Below are positions 51,915 to 64,000 of a stretch of DNA of 64,000 nt, in pieces. The stretch is from positions 46,853,262-46,917,261 of the forward strand of contig NC_057718.1 of assembly GCF_004010195.1 (NCBI RefSeq). The letters are read 5' to 3'. Within the stretch, counting starts at the first letter, position 1. Each line of letters starts with the position of its first letter. This DNA is from Chiloscyllium plagiosum (Eukaryota). The position numbers were made by a program, and so were the translations under genes. The notes beneath the pieces are model-generated. The model saw only the letters and a program-made list of their open reading frames with translations. It was not told the DNA's origin and did no database searches.

Positions 51915-52460
51915 TACCTGGTCTCCCTGCTTATAGGAAGGATGATGCTAAACTTTAAATGGTTCAGAAAAGATTTACAAGAATTACCACAATTGGAGGG
52001 TTTGAACTATAAGGAGAGGCTGAATAGGCTGGGGCTATTTTCCCTGAAGCATCAGAGGATGAGGGGTGACCTTATAGAAGTTTATAAAATCATGAGGGGC
52101 ATGGAAAGGATAAATAGACAAGGTCTTTTCCTTGGGGTGGGGGAGTCCAGAACTAGAGGGCATAGATTTAGGGTGAGAGGGGAAAGATATAAAAGGGATT
52201 TAAGGGGCAACTTTTTCACACAGAGGGTGGTATGTGTATGGAATGAGCTGCCAGATGAAGTGGTGGAGGTTGGTACAATTACAGCATTTAAAAGGCATCT
52301 GGATATGTATATGAATAGGAAGGGTTTAGAGGGTTATGGGCCAAGTGCTGGCAAATGGGACTAGATTAGTTTAGATTACCTGGTCGGCATGGACAAGTTG
52401 GATCAAGGGTCTGTTCCTGTGCTATACATCTCTATTACTCTGAGACTCCATGACTCTATG
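51915..52460 (+). mobile_element. CR1 3' fragment
   Basis: RGDLIEVYKIMRG..TRGHRFRVRG..FFTQRVVCVWNELP. Confidence 0.9.
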
Positions 52461-53604
52461 TGCTGAGGGTATAAAGATCTCATATGCCATTTTACTTGAG
52501 GTTACTTGAAGCATGACACACTAATGAAACACGGTGTTCTGCCCAACTGCATAGCTGAACCATAGCCCAAACACCGACGTGCCTGTGACCATATTATTTA
52601 AAATGGCCATCTGTAATAAACATCTATTGGATCTTTCAATACTGTGTTATCCATGCGTAGTTTCTTAGCTTATAAAGGATAACATAAATATTGCTGCATC
52701 AGGTAAAGTATCCTGCACTGGCAAACCCACATCATCAACTAGTTTTAAATTCATTCCGTATAATATACATAAATCTTCCTTCACAACTGCTAAGATTTCC
52801 CCATCTGGAACTAATCTAATCTGTTTTACTTCAATCTAAATTGGCTAAACACAAACTTCCTCACATTGAATTCCATTTACCACAGTTTTGGTTGGTCAGT
52901 GATTGGTGCATTCCAAGATCCTTTTGCTTCTCGACCCCACCTGGACTCATACCATCCCATTCTTCTTACCAATTGCACATTCGAGCATGTGAATTCAGAT
53001 CGGCAGAAGACCATTTTCCCCTCTAGCTTCTCTTCCATTCTATAGGATCATAGCTGGTCTGTTTACTCTATATTCCTGCCTAACCTTGAAAACTTCCAGC
53101 CCCTTGCATTGTAAGCTCATTGCTGGCTGTGTGAGGCAATAATTGAAAGGCACTGGGCACCTTGGTTCCTTAACCAATGAGATTAAAGGATTGTAAAGTA
53201 AAGCGATCACGTCTTGCACTTTTTTTGTATAGTAGATCATAAGAGCTGCTTTCTCTGCAGTCTCTGTTCTATTGGGGAGGTACAGTATAAGTTACTATAG
53301 CTGCCTGCTTTAAGACCACGTGTTAAGATTACTCGCTGCAATATACTAATGGCACACACCCCTTTCTGCCCCTATTATTGTGTACTCATGCGTCCTCCTT
53401 TTAAATATTATAGCAAAGAAATGAAAATTAGATTAAACTGCAGAATACAGGGAAATAAAGGTTAGAACACGTAGGGGAAAAACAGATGCGAGGGAAATAA
53501 AATTTGGCAGTTTTAAAGTCAACAATTCACCTTGTGCAAAATGGGATTTGTCAACTAAATAATGGAGAATTAATACAGACTTAGTAGAAAAATCTGAGTC
53601 ACTA

Positions 53605-54207
53605 TGGGGAGACAGTGGCATGGTGCTCACCGATACTGGCTCTGGAGATGTGGGTTCAAATCCCACCATGGTAGAAATTCCAGAGTGGAATTTAAATTCA
53701 ATTAATAAACTTAATTAATAAAAATCTCAATGGTGACCATAAAACTATCCATTTGCCATTTTAAAATTCCATTTGGTTTGTTCAGGGAAGAAAATCTATT
53801 GGTCCTTAGTCTGGCTATATATGACTCCAGAACCACAGAATGTGGTTGACTCTTAACTATCCTTTGGAAGCTACACCTCCCAGAAAAATGTACTTGTTAT
53901 AAATAATCCATATAGTGTGGAAAGAGGTCATTTGGTGCAGCCCCTCCAAAGATCATCCCAATCATACCTAACCTGGTAACCCCACATTTCCCATGACTAA
54001 TCCAGCTAGCCTATGCTTCCCTGAATGCTCTGGGACAGTTTTAGCATGGCCAACCTACACGTCTTTGGAAGAAAGCCAGAGCAAGCCCATGTTGACACAG
54101 GGAGAACATGCAAATTCCACACAGACAGTCACCCGATGCAGTACTTGAACCTGACTCCCTTGTCATGTGAGGCAGCAGTGGTAACCACCGAGCCAGTGTG
54201 TCACCCA
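53605..54207. mobile_element. Two SINEs: second-family SINE (+, 53605-53870) and V-SINE-like (-, 53905-54207)
   Basis: tRNA-like B box GGGTTCAAATCCC; diverged SINE core on the minus strand. Confidence 0.65.
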
Positions 54208-54771
54208 AGCAAGAAGGTAACAAACAAAGCTACAAAATGCAAAATAGAAAAAAAATTGAGAAAGCACAGCAAATGAGTTTGCAAATGTATTAAGAGAAAG
54301 GGTAAGGGTAAATGGCTCCTTGAAAACTCTAGAATGGTTCTGAGGAAGGGTCACTGGACTCAAAATGTTAATTCTGTTTTGTCTTCACAGATGCTGCCAG
54401 ACCTGCTGAGTTTCTCCAGCAATTTGCTCTTTCTTATAATGGAAATAATGTCATAAAAAGCAATTTAAAGTTCAACAAAATATATTTTATGTATATGCAG
54501 AATCATTTACTATTGTGCCATACAAATGGCCGGAAATAGACATCTCCAACAATAGAATATCAAATTATCTGCTCTTGAAATTCAATGACTTGATTGTCAC
54601 TGAATTCCCAATGTACACCCTGGGAGTTACCAATGACCAAAACTGGACTGGACCAGCCATGCAAATACTGTGGTTACAAGAACAGATCATGGGTTAGGAA
54701 TTCTGTGGCATATAAATCTCCTTCCATCTCCCCAATGCTCATCAATCATCCGCAGAGACGTCATCAGGCAT

Positions 54772-55735
54772 GTCATACAGTCATAGAGATGTACAGCACG
54801 GAACAGACCCTTCAGTCCAGCTCATCCATGCCGACCAGCTATCCCAACTCAATCTAGTTCCACCTGCCAGCACCCGGCCCATATCCCTCCAAACCCTTCC
54901 TATTCATATACCCATCCAAATGCCTTTTAACTGTTGCAATTGTACCAGCCTCCACCACTTGTTCTGGCACCTCATTCCATACACGTACCACCCTCTGCAT
55001 GAAAATGTTGCCCCTTAGGTCCCTTTTATATCTTTCCCCCTCACCCCAGACCTATGCCCTCTTGTTCTAGACTTCAATCCACCCCAGGGAAAAAAACTTT
55101 ATCAAATTATCCTATCCATGCCCCTCATTATTTTATACACCTCAATAAGGTCACCCCTCAGCTTCCGACACTCCAGGGAAAATAGCCCCAGCCTATTCAA
55201 TCTCTCCCTATAGCTCAAACCCTCCAATCCTGCCAACATCCTTGTAAATCTTTTTTGAACCTTTTCAAGTTTCACAACATCCTTCCAATAGGAAGGAGAC
55301 CAGAATTGCATGCAATATTCCAACAGTGGCCGAACCAATGTCCTGTACAGCTGCAACATGACCTCCCTACTCCTGTACTCAATACTCTGATCAATAAAGG
55401 AAAGCATACCAAATGCCTTCTTCACTATCTTATCTATTCTCAGCTCCACTTTTGAGGAGCTATGAACCTGCACTTCAAGGTCTCTTGGTTCAACAACACT
55501 CCCTAGGACCTTACCATTAAGTGTGTAAGTTCTGCTAAGGTTTGCTTTCCCATAATACAGCACCTCGCATTTATCTAAATTAACTCCATCTGCCACTTCT
55601 CAGCCCATTGGCCCATCTGATCAAGATCCCGATGTAATCTGAGGTAACCTTCTTCGCTGTCCACTACACCTCCAATTTTGGTGTCATCTGCAAACTTACT
55701 AACAATAGGTCTTATGTTCACATCCAAATCATTGA
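54772..55735 (-). mobile_element. CR1 3' fragment inserted into a CR1/L2-group LINE (54505-56230, +)
   Basis: KFADDTK..LVRPLLEYCMQFWSP..GDLIEVYKI; the host sequence resumes colinearly at ~55736. Confidence 0.88.
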
Positions 55736-56414
55736 TGGAATACTTCTCATTTGCCTGGATGATCACAGTTCCAAAACAACTCAAGAAGCTTGGCAAGATC
55801 AAGGACAAAGCAGTCATCTTGTTTGGCAGCCTACCCATCACCTTCAACATTTAGTCCCTTCACCACCAGCAACAGTGGCAGCACTGTGCCATCTATAAGA
55901 TGTACTGCAGACTCCTTTAATAGCACCTCCCAAGCCCACAGTCTCTATAATTAGAAGGACATAGACAGCAGATGCATTGAGACACTACCATCTGCAAGTT
56001 GGCCTCCCGCCACACACCACCCAGACCTGGAGCTATATCACCACTCCTTCCCTGCCACTGGGTCAAAATCCTGGGAACTCCCTCTGTAACTGCACTATGG
56101 GTATACCAACACCCCAAAGTACAGCAATTCAAGAAGGCAGCTCACCACCAGCTTCTCAAGGACATTTAAAGCTAGACAATAAAGGCTGATCTAGCCAGGC
56201 ATGTCCACATCTTACATGGATATAAATAAAGTACAAAGCTAAACTTCTAACATCTTACTATATCTCCTATCACATTGTGAAATTGAGCAGAGAATACAAC
56301 AGAGCAGTTTCACCAAATATAATGGGGAGAAGATGACCAACTGAAAAAGTGCCACAAAGGAGAACTTAAAGAAATATAACTTAGACATAATAGAAAATAG
56401 TTAATTGTATGAAG

Positions 56415-57291
56415 GCAGAGTGGTAGATACGATTTACATGGACTTCAGTAAGGTATTCGTAAGGTGCCCCACAGGAGACTGGCTAGCAAGGTTAGATCTG
56501 ACGGAATACAGGGAGAATTAGCCATTTGGATACAGAACTGGCTCAAAGGTAGAAGACAGAGAGTGGTGGCAGAGGGCTGTTTTTCAGACTGGAGGCCTGT
56601 GACCAGTGGAGTGCCACAAGGATCAGTGCTGGGTCCACAACTTTTTGTCATTTATACAAATGATTTGGATGTGAGCATAAGAGGCATAGTCAGTAAATTT
56701 GCAGATGACACCAAAATTGGAGGTGTAGTGGACAGTGAAGAAGGTTACCTCAGATTACAATGGGATCTTGATCAGATTGGCCAATGGGCTGAGAAGTGAC
56801 AGATAGAGTTTAATTTAGAAAGGTGTGGGGTGCTGCATCTTGGGAAAGCAATTCTTGCTTGAATAGGCTGGGGATGTTTTCCCTGGAGCATCGGAAGCTG
56901 AGGGGTGACCTTATAGACGTTTATAAAATCGTGAGGGGCATGGATAGGATAAATAGACAAAGTATTTTCCCTGGGGTGGATTGAAGTCTAGAACGAGAAG
57001 GCATAGGTTTAGGGTGAGAGGGGAAAGATATAAAAGAGACCTAAGAGGCAACTTTTTTCACGCAGAGGGTGGTGCGTGTATGGAATGAGCTGCCAGAGGA
57101 AGAGGTGGAGGCTGGTACAATTGCAACATTTAAAAGGCATTTGGATGGGTATAAGAATAGGAAAGGTTTGGAGGGATATGGGCTGGGTTCTGGCAGGTGG
57201 GACTAGATTGGATTGGGATATCTGGTCGGCATGGACAGGGCACCGAAGGGTTTGTTTCCATGCTGTACATCTCTATGACTGTATGACTCTA
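56415..57291 (+). mobile_element. CR1 3' fragment with an internal deletion near 56855
   Basis: MDFSK, PQGSVLGP, FADDTK, then a jump to LNRLGMFSLE. Confidence 0.9.
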
Positions 57292-58942
57292 AATGGAGAC
57301 TAAATACTACTTCAGCAAACTATAATGGTTACAACAGGAAATTTCTGACTCAAAGTCCCAGTTCACCACTGTTTGAGCAGATTGTAAGTCTGTTAAAAAT
57401 GAGGGATGCAATTTTCTTTATCTTTTTTACAAAGAGGAGTGTGTGTGTGTTTAGCAACTGGCACAACAATCTCACCACCAAGAAAGCCCAAACAATCATG
57501 CACCAATCAGATCATGAAGAGCTGACTGACAGTGCAAAGACACGATTCTCAGCCAATTGAAGTTCTCAGCACTGGTATCCTGACTCCCCTGGCACTGCTG
57601 GCCCAATCCTATGCCTTGGGCGTCCAACTCTTCTCATTGGATTGGGTTTACAAGGAGATGCGGTCAGAGCAAGGATTTAAGGGTCCACTCCATTGATGGC
57701 CATTGGTGCATTTGCTTTTCCCCAAAATGGGGAAATTGGAGTCTCAATTGCAATCCAGCAAGCAGGTCGCTCAGGTTTCCATGTTAAGAAACTAACCATT
57801 GTTTCTCACCCACTGGGAAAGTAAATAATCAAGATATGGCAATTATTGAGACTGTTAATTGACCACTTGAAGGTCACTCATGGATGTTCTCACCCAGAAA
57901 TTTAATGAGATAACAAGTGGGTAACTTGCCACCTCCAGGGAGATGAAAACTCCAGGTGAAAGTGGCAGATCTTTTCCAATTGCTGACAGCTATCAAAACA
58001 GAATGTCTACTCAAAATCTCAACTCACACATTTTCCATTCATGTTAAAATGGTGATCTCTCAACTTCCTAGATACATTATTTGATTTTCAAAAGGATACC
58101 TTTATCCCAACATTGTCTTGAGGGTTGTATCTCTTTAGCGCTTCATACAATAATTTCTTGCAGATCCTCTCCTCAAAATTTCAAACTCTGAAGCTGTTTC
58201 TAAGAAGCAGAATCGAGGACACTTCTTATTTTCGAATAAAATACATTGATAAATTTTGTAAATCTAGTTATTGGCCGCATTTGTGTCTTACTGTTTCTGT
58301 CTATGATCATACCAATAAATTTAACAAAATAGATTAGATTGCACACACCAAATTAGCAACATACTGTTCATCTTGACTGAAAGCAATGTTGAGACCTTCA
58401 TTATATTTTTAGGAGTTATTTTTGGTCTGAAGCGATGAACTATGAGCTGATATGAGGTGAAACTTTGGACTGTGACCAATGTAGTGATTGTAACAAAGTC
58501 AGCCAGGTGGATATCATAGACTATGAGTTCCCTGACTGGGGCTGTTAACCCTGCTAATTAGCAAGCGCTGGCTGACAGATATAAAAAGGATTGTCAGAGG
58601 CTCTGTTTACTCTGAGAGCTGGCTCTGAGTGAGCTGGATAAGTGACAAGGGATCTCCATGTATAAGAAAAGGATGACTTGTTGCCATGAATCTGGCCTCT
58701 GGAATTATTTCATTGGCAACAGGAGTGGGATGTTGAGAAACCATTTGCTATGTGTGATTAGTGATGTAACCATGGAAACACACCTACTGGCTGAAGCCCA
58801 ACTGAAATTCAAACAGACACAACAATTGGCTTTATCACTGGAAAATGCAGCAAGTGGAGCTTAGGAGTTGCAGGACATTCTGATGGAAGTGGACAGCCTG
58901 GCCCATCTGACTGAGCTTGGAGAACATCACTTGAGTGAAGGC

Positions 58943-59345
58943 AGGAGCATCGGAGGCTGAGGAGTGACTTATAGATGTTTATAACATCATGAGGGGCGTG
59001 GATAGACAAACAGAGAAAGTCTTTTCCCTGGGTTGAGGGAGTCTAGAACTACAGAGCATAGGTTTAGGGTGAGAGGGAAAAGATATTAAAGGGACCTAAG
59101 GGGCAACTTTCTCACGCAGAGGGTGGTGTGTGTATGGAATGAGCTGCCAGAGGAAGTGGTGGAGGCTGATATGATTGCAACATTTAAAAGGCATCTGGAT
59201 AGTTATATGAATAGGAAGTGTTTAGAGGGATATGGGCCGTGTGCTGACAAATGGAACTAGATTAGGTTGGGATATCTGGTCGACATGGACGATTTGGACT
59301 GAAGAGTCTGTTTCCATGCTGTACATCTCTATGACTCCATGATTC
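58943..59345 (+). mobile_element. CR1 3' fragment nested in the Gypsy element
   Basis: CR1 tail sequence. Confidence 0.88.
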
Positions 59346-61512
59346 TATAATTGCATAGCCTCTCTCAGGACATATCTTGAACAGAGGGACTATAGGTCAA
59401 CCCACAGCAAAATCTCAAAACAAAGCCAAGCCTCAGCCAAATAGTTAAAAAGTTTCTTCAGGATCCTGGCTGGTAAGCCATTGTAGTTGCTGCCATTATG
59501 TGGATCTGAAACAGCAAGAGTCCCACTAGACCTAAATGGAGGAAGAGAACTCATAGGCCAGGTGAGTATACACTTTTGAAAGTCCACCTACATCTGGCTT
59601 GGAACAGGTAAATCATTTAGTGAGATCCAAGTCAGGACCAAACAAAATAAATGTTCTAATGGACATTGATACCAGGGTGACAGTTTCCGTGATCGCAGAA
59701 CCAATCTTTAACAAAATTTGCTCTGGACTCCAACCTTTAAGTTTGTATAAAACCTTGGCTAGACTAAGGCCCTATATCGGGGAACCTTTACAGATTAATG
59801 GTACAACTTTGATGCTGGTCTCTTTTGAGAAGCAGCTGATTCCACTATCACTGATTGTAATGAAAGACTCAAGCCCAAGTTTGATGGGGCAAAATTAGTT
59901 GAGAAAGATTCACAGGATTGGCTCAACATTTTTCAATTAAGAAATCGCTGCCTGTGTGAAGTCCTAATTAAATACCCAGAATTTTTTTCAGAAAGGTCTA
60001 GAGATAATCAAAGGAGCCAAGACCTCCTTGACCAGGAGGGAATTCTACGATTCTGCAAGGGCTGCTCACTGGCATTTGCCTTAAAAGTAGAGGCAGAAAT
60101 CAGAAGGCTTGAAAGCGAAGGAATCACCAAACTAGTCCAGCTTGCAGAATGCACAGCCCCAGTCATATCAATGTGAAGCCCAACGGTTTGCCTTTGTGGG
60201 GATTTTAAACAAACAGTAAACCACCTTTTGCAGCTGGATAAATACCCAATCACTCGCATTGAGGATTTATATGCAAAGCTGGCAGGGGGGTTGTCCTTCA
60301 TGAAGCTGGTCATGAGACATGTGTACCTGCAGTTGCAGTTAGATGGGGATTCACAGAGGTATGCTACAATTAGTTCCCATAAAGGTTTGTACCAATATAT
60401 GAGACTGCCATTTGGGGTATCATCAGCCTGTGCAATCTTTCAGTAGATAACAGAGAACATTTTCCAAGGTCTACCCCAGGCCACCATTTATTGAGATGAT
60501 GTACTAACAAAAGGAAAGATCAATAAGGAGCACTCACAGATCTTGGACATAGTCCTTAGATGTTCCTCCAAGGGAGCATATGCACTCAAAGGGAAAAATG
60601 TGTGTTCTAGGCACCTCAAGTGGCCTACTTGGGCTACAGAGTCAACAAAACCAGGTTACACTCTTTGGAAGATCAAGTAAGGATGATCAGAGGTGCCCCA
60701 GACCACACTTCTGTACTGGAATTTGTGTCTTTCCTTGGGATGTGAGTTACTACAGAAAGTTCATACATAATCTGGCCTCCATCCTGGCACCCTTGCATCA
60801 ACTCCTAAAAAATGGTCAGCCTTGTAAATGGGTGCATAGCCATAGCTTTCAGGGAAGTGAAAAAACAGTAATCATCCTCTAAGGTGTTGGCACAATATGG
60901 TCCCAAGCAAGATATGGTACTGACATGGGATACCTCCCTATACACCATCAAGGTAGTTGATACTTATAGGTGGCCCAATGGAGAGGATGCCCAATAGCAT
61001 ACGCATTCAGGACTTTGGCTAATGCAAAATATAAAAATGCCCAGATAGAGAAAGTTTGGTGGTCATATTTGGAGTCAGGAAGTTTCACCAATACCACAAT
61101 CCCCTGCTAGCTTCAGGCCAAATTCAATGATGTGCTTTAATACTAAGTGTGCTCTATGAAATATGAAATGCATATAATTACAATTTGAAACACCATCCTG
61201 GAGACCAAATATTAAACGCAAATGTATTGAGCACCTTCCACTGGCAGAAATACAGTAGGGGATGGCATATTATTACTATGGAGAGCAAGAGTGATTGTCC
61301 TAAGCAAAGATCACTGTGAGATACTGACTGAACTCCATCAGGGTCATCCAGGAGTTTCCAAAATGGAGACGTTGCTGAGAAGTTATGTGTGATAGCCAGG
61401 ATTTGACGCAGACATAGCTGTCTTGGTGGGGCAGTGCCCAGAGTCCCATCAAGGACAAAAATTAGTATTAGCAGCTCCCCCAGATTTGTGGGAATGGCCA
61501 GGGACTGGACTC

Positions 61513-61689
61513 GAGTCAAAAGTGTGGTGCTGGAAAAGCACAGCACGTCAGGCAGCATCTGAGAAGCAAAAGCCCTTCATCAGGAACCATCGATTTTCCA
61601 GCTCCACAGATGCTGTCTGACCTGCTGCACTTTTCCAGCACCACACTCTTGACTCTAATCTTCAGCATCTGTAGTACTCACTTTTACCT
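61513..61689. mobile_element. Fold-back Penelope-derived element nested in the Gypsy integrase
   Basis: 13-bp TSD AGGGACTGGACTC (61500-61512, 61690-61702). Confidence 0.85.
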
Positions 61690-61873
61690 AGGGACTGGAC
61701 TCAGTCATACATCAACGATACAGGTCTTTTCATTTGCTTAATGTTCTTAGTCATTGTGGACACCCACTCAAAGTGGCTGGTCATGCATAGAGTTCATTTT
61801 TCAAAGTGGATGATGATGAAAAACTGTGCGCATCTTTTGCAATACACAGACTTCTGGAAGTGTTGGTCACAGA

Positions 61874-62642
61874 TGTTACAACACGGTGATAAACCCTTCC
61901 TCTAAATAAACCAAACACCTAGAAAACCTCACCTAGCCTCGTAATCTGTTAAAGTATGTGTGACAGAGAACTCCCAAATTCCACCATTTAAAGAAAAAAA
62001 CATCAATTTATTCTTTAACTCTAAAAGTGAACATTAAACAACAACTATTTATAACTCTAAGCCTCCTTTCTCTTACGTGTTTGTTATCTGCCTCCAACTC
62101 TATAACAATATACTGTTCCAATAACCACCCATAGTAAAATTACATCAACTTAATTTCAAAACCACATAGTGGCTGTTATCTCTGGTGTCTGTCTTCCTCT
62201 GGCCGTAGATCTCCCTGGGTCGCCTTCGGTCTTTTACTGCAAAGATGTTTCATATGAAAAATATACCTTTGATAGAGTATGTTTTGCTGGAAGTTACTCT
62301 ATTGATGGCAGCTGGTCTCACTCTAACTTTCAAAATATCTGCTTCCTTATACCCCAAACATTGATCGTCTCATTGTTCGATGCTGGCAAAACAGTAAATT
62401 CAAAATCAATTGGGTTTTGGTATCCTGGGGCATATTTTAAACTGATTGGTTAAATTCAAATGGCTGTCAAAATAGCAACCAAAACTCAGGTATTTGTTTC
62501 CCAGCCAAATATTACATATTTTCAATTTTCCAGTACACTCTGAGACTGCTAGTCAGTCACATGACAGGTGTCTGCAAGCTCTCAGTGCAAACAGCATTCA
62601 CTTTCTCTTAAACGTATGGTGCATGCCTTCAAATCCATAATA
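61874..62642 (-). mobile_element. Solo LTR-like element nested in the Gypsy integrase
   Basis: TGTTACA...CATAATA termini; CAGA/CAGC flanks; splits the integrase motif VTD|NG. Confidence 0.7.
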
Positions 62643-64000
62643 CAGCTAATGGGCCATTATTTAACAGCAGGGAATTTGAGTATTTCCTAAAGTCAAATGG
62701 TATTCATCATATAAGGACATCCAATGGTCTCACAGAAAGAGCAGTCTAACCTTTGATGGCAGTCTTAAAGAAACAGCTTACAGCTTCACTAGATACCCAA
62801 TTGTCCCGGTTCCCATTTGATCAAAGGATCACCCCTCATGCAACTACAGGGTTAGTTCCAGCAGAGTTCAAACTAGGAGAAGACTCTGCACCAGCTTAAA
62901 TCTGATCTTCCCAAGCCTGGGGGCGGTGACGGGAGTGGGAGGGTGAAACAGCATTATGAATGCCAATGCCGGACACAAGACACCTCTAAGCAAGAGAGAC
63001 AGTTTACTTCATGGGACAATGTTTGTTGTGGGAACAGTGGGGAATGGCCCTGCATGAGTAAGAGCCATTGTTGACATGAGGTCAGGTCTGGTGATGTATA
63101 AAGTTTGGGTCGATGACGATCCTGAACAAGCACGTGGACCATATGAAAGCTGCAAACACGCAATGGTATGGGAACAAAATGTGCCCAGCTCCTCAACCGT
63201 CTTTCCAGAACCTGTGGTTTTTCCCTCTGTCAGGCATTGAAGATACCTCAGAATCTGATATGGACATTTCAATATTACCACTCGATGTCTTTGCCATCTG
63301 AAGAGAACCAATTTCTACTGCGATGCCCCAAATGCAAGAAGCGGGCTACAAACTACTGGTTCAGAGGCAGAGTTGTATGAACCTGACCTGGAACTAAAAA
63401 AAGTCTATTGTCCTCAGAGTTGTGGGGGAGGGATGTAGTGATTGAGGTCAGCCAGGTGGCCCTCATAGAATGAGTTTTCTGATTGGGCCAGATTAACAGC
63501 CCCAATCTGAGAGCCCGAACTGACACAGGAGTGTCAGAAGATCTGTTCATTCTGAAAACCAGCTCTGAGTAAGCTGGGCCAGTGTCAAGGACTCTCCACA
63601 TGTAAATAAAGGATGACTTGGGGATAAGATACCGGCTACTGCTGGAATTATTTCAAGCAGTAGCTTGCTTTGTTCAAAGAGAGGCAAGTAGCACATTGAT
63701 ATTTGCTTATGAGGCCAGGCCTGGAAGTTAATTGCATGGTTCAAATAGATATTTTAGTTCCGGTGATACATTGTTCTCATATATGGTCAGATGACAGACA
63801 TTTGAATGTTAATTAGGGCCTTATAGGAAATAACCAGTCTAACAAATAAAAAATAAAGTTTGAAAATGTCTTGAAAAGTTTTAGTCGGAAAGATAGTGGC
63901 TGCAAAAGCTACAGGTCAGAGGTTTGATTGCTCCTGGAGTATCCACCCATTATTGATTTATTGAAAGCTTGGAGAATATAGTCTCTGTTAAGCATGGAAT

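Larger units (their letters stand above)
58480..63655 (+). mobile_element. Gypsy LTR retrotransposon, decayed, with both LTRs
   Basis: LTRs TGTAGTGATTG...GGAATTATTTCA at 58480-58712 and 63434-63655; PBS-like TTGGCAAC; PPT GGGGGAGGGA; protease MDIDT, RT YPITRIEDLYAKLAGG..RLPFGVSSA, integrase VLVTD|NGP..F. Confidence 0.9.

Noticed and set aside
53040..53340. Unique segment with a short minus-strand ORF and CACGT(G) motifs
   Set aside because: No recognisable homology or clear exon boundaries.
58100..58200. In-frame TGA read as selenocysteine
   Set aside because: No similarity to a selenoprotein family I recognise and no SECIS evidence.

Overview
Eukaryotic, repeat-dense vertebrate DNA. The CR1, V-SINE/HE1-like and Penelope repeat content suggests a shark or other cartilaginous fish (inference). 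One protein-coding gene is supported: the 5' half of a vasohibin (VASH2-like tubulin detyrosinase) on the minus strand. It has a CCAAT/GC-box promoter at ~37.0-37.2 kb and three coding exons (36525-36869, 9421-9509, 7413-7469), separated by a 27-kb U2 intron and a 1.95-kb U12-type intron; the gene runs off the left edge. Most of the rest is nested, decayed mobile DNA: CR1, L2 and Rex-Babar LINEs, tRNA-derived SINEs, two Gypsy LTR elements, solo LTRs, two MITEs and a near-complete Penelope (RT + GIY-YIG). The most striking structure is about a dozen short, mostly fold-back Penelope-derived insertions, many with 12-17 bp target-site duplications, that carry minimal hammerhead-ribozyme cores (CUGANGA..stem II..GAAAC GUC); some lie sense to the VASH pre-mRNA. 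Assembly gap at 50012-50360. All calls were made by eye, without database searches; repeat boundaries are approximate.
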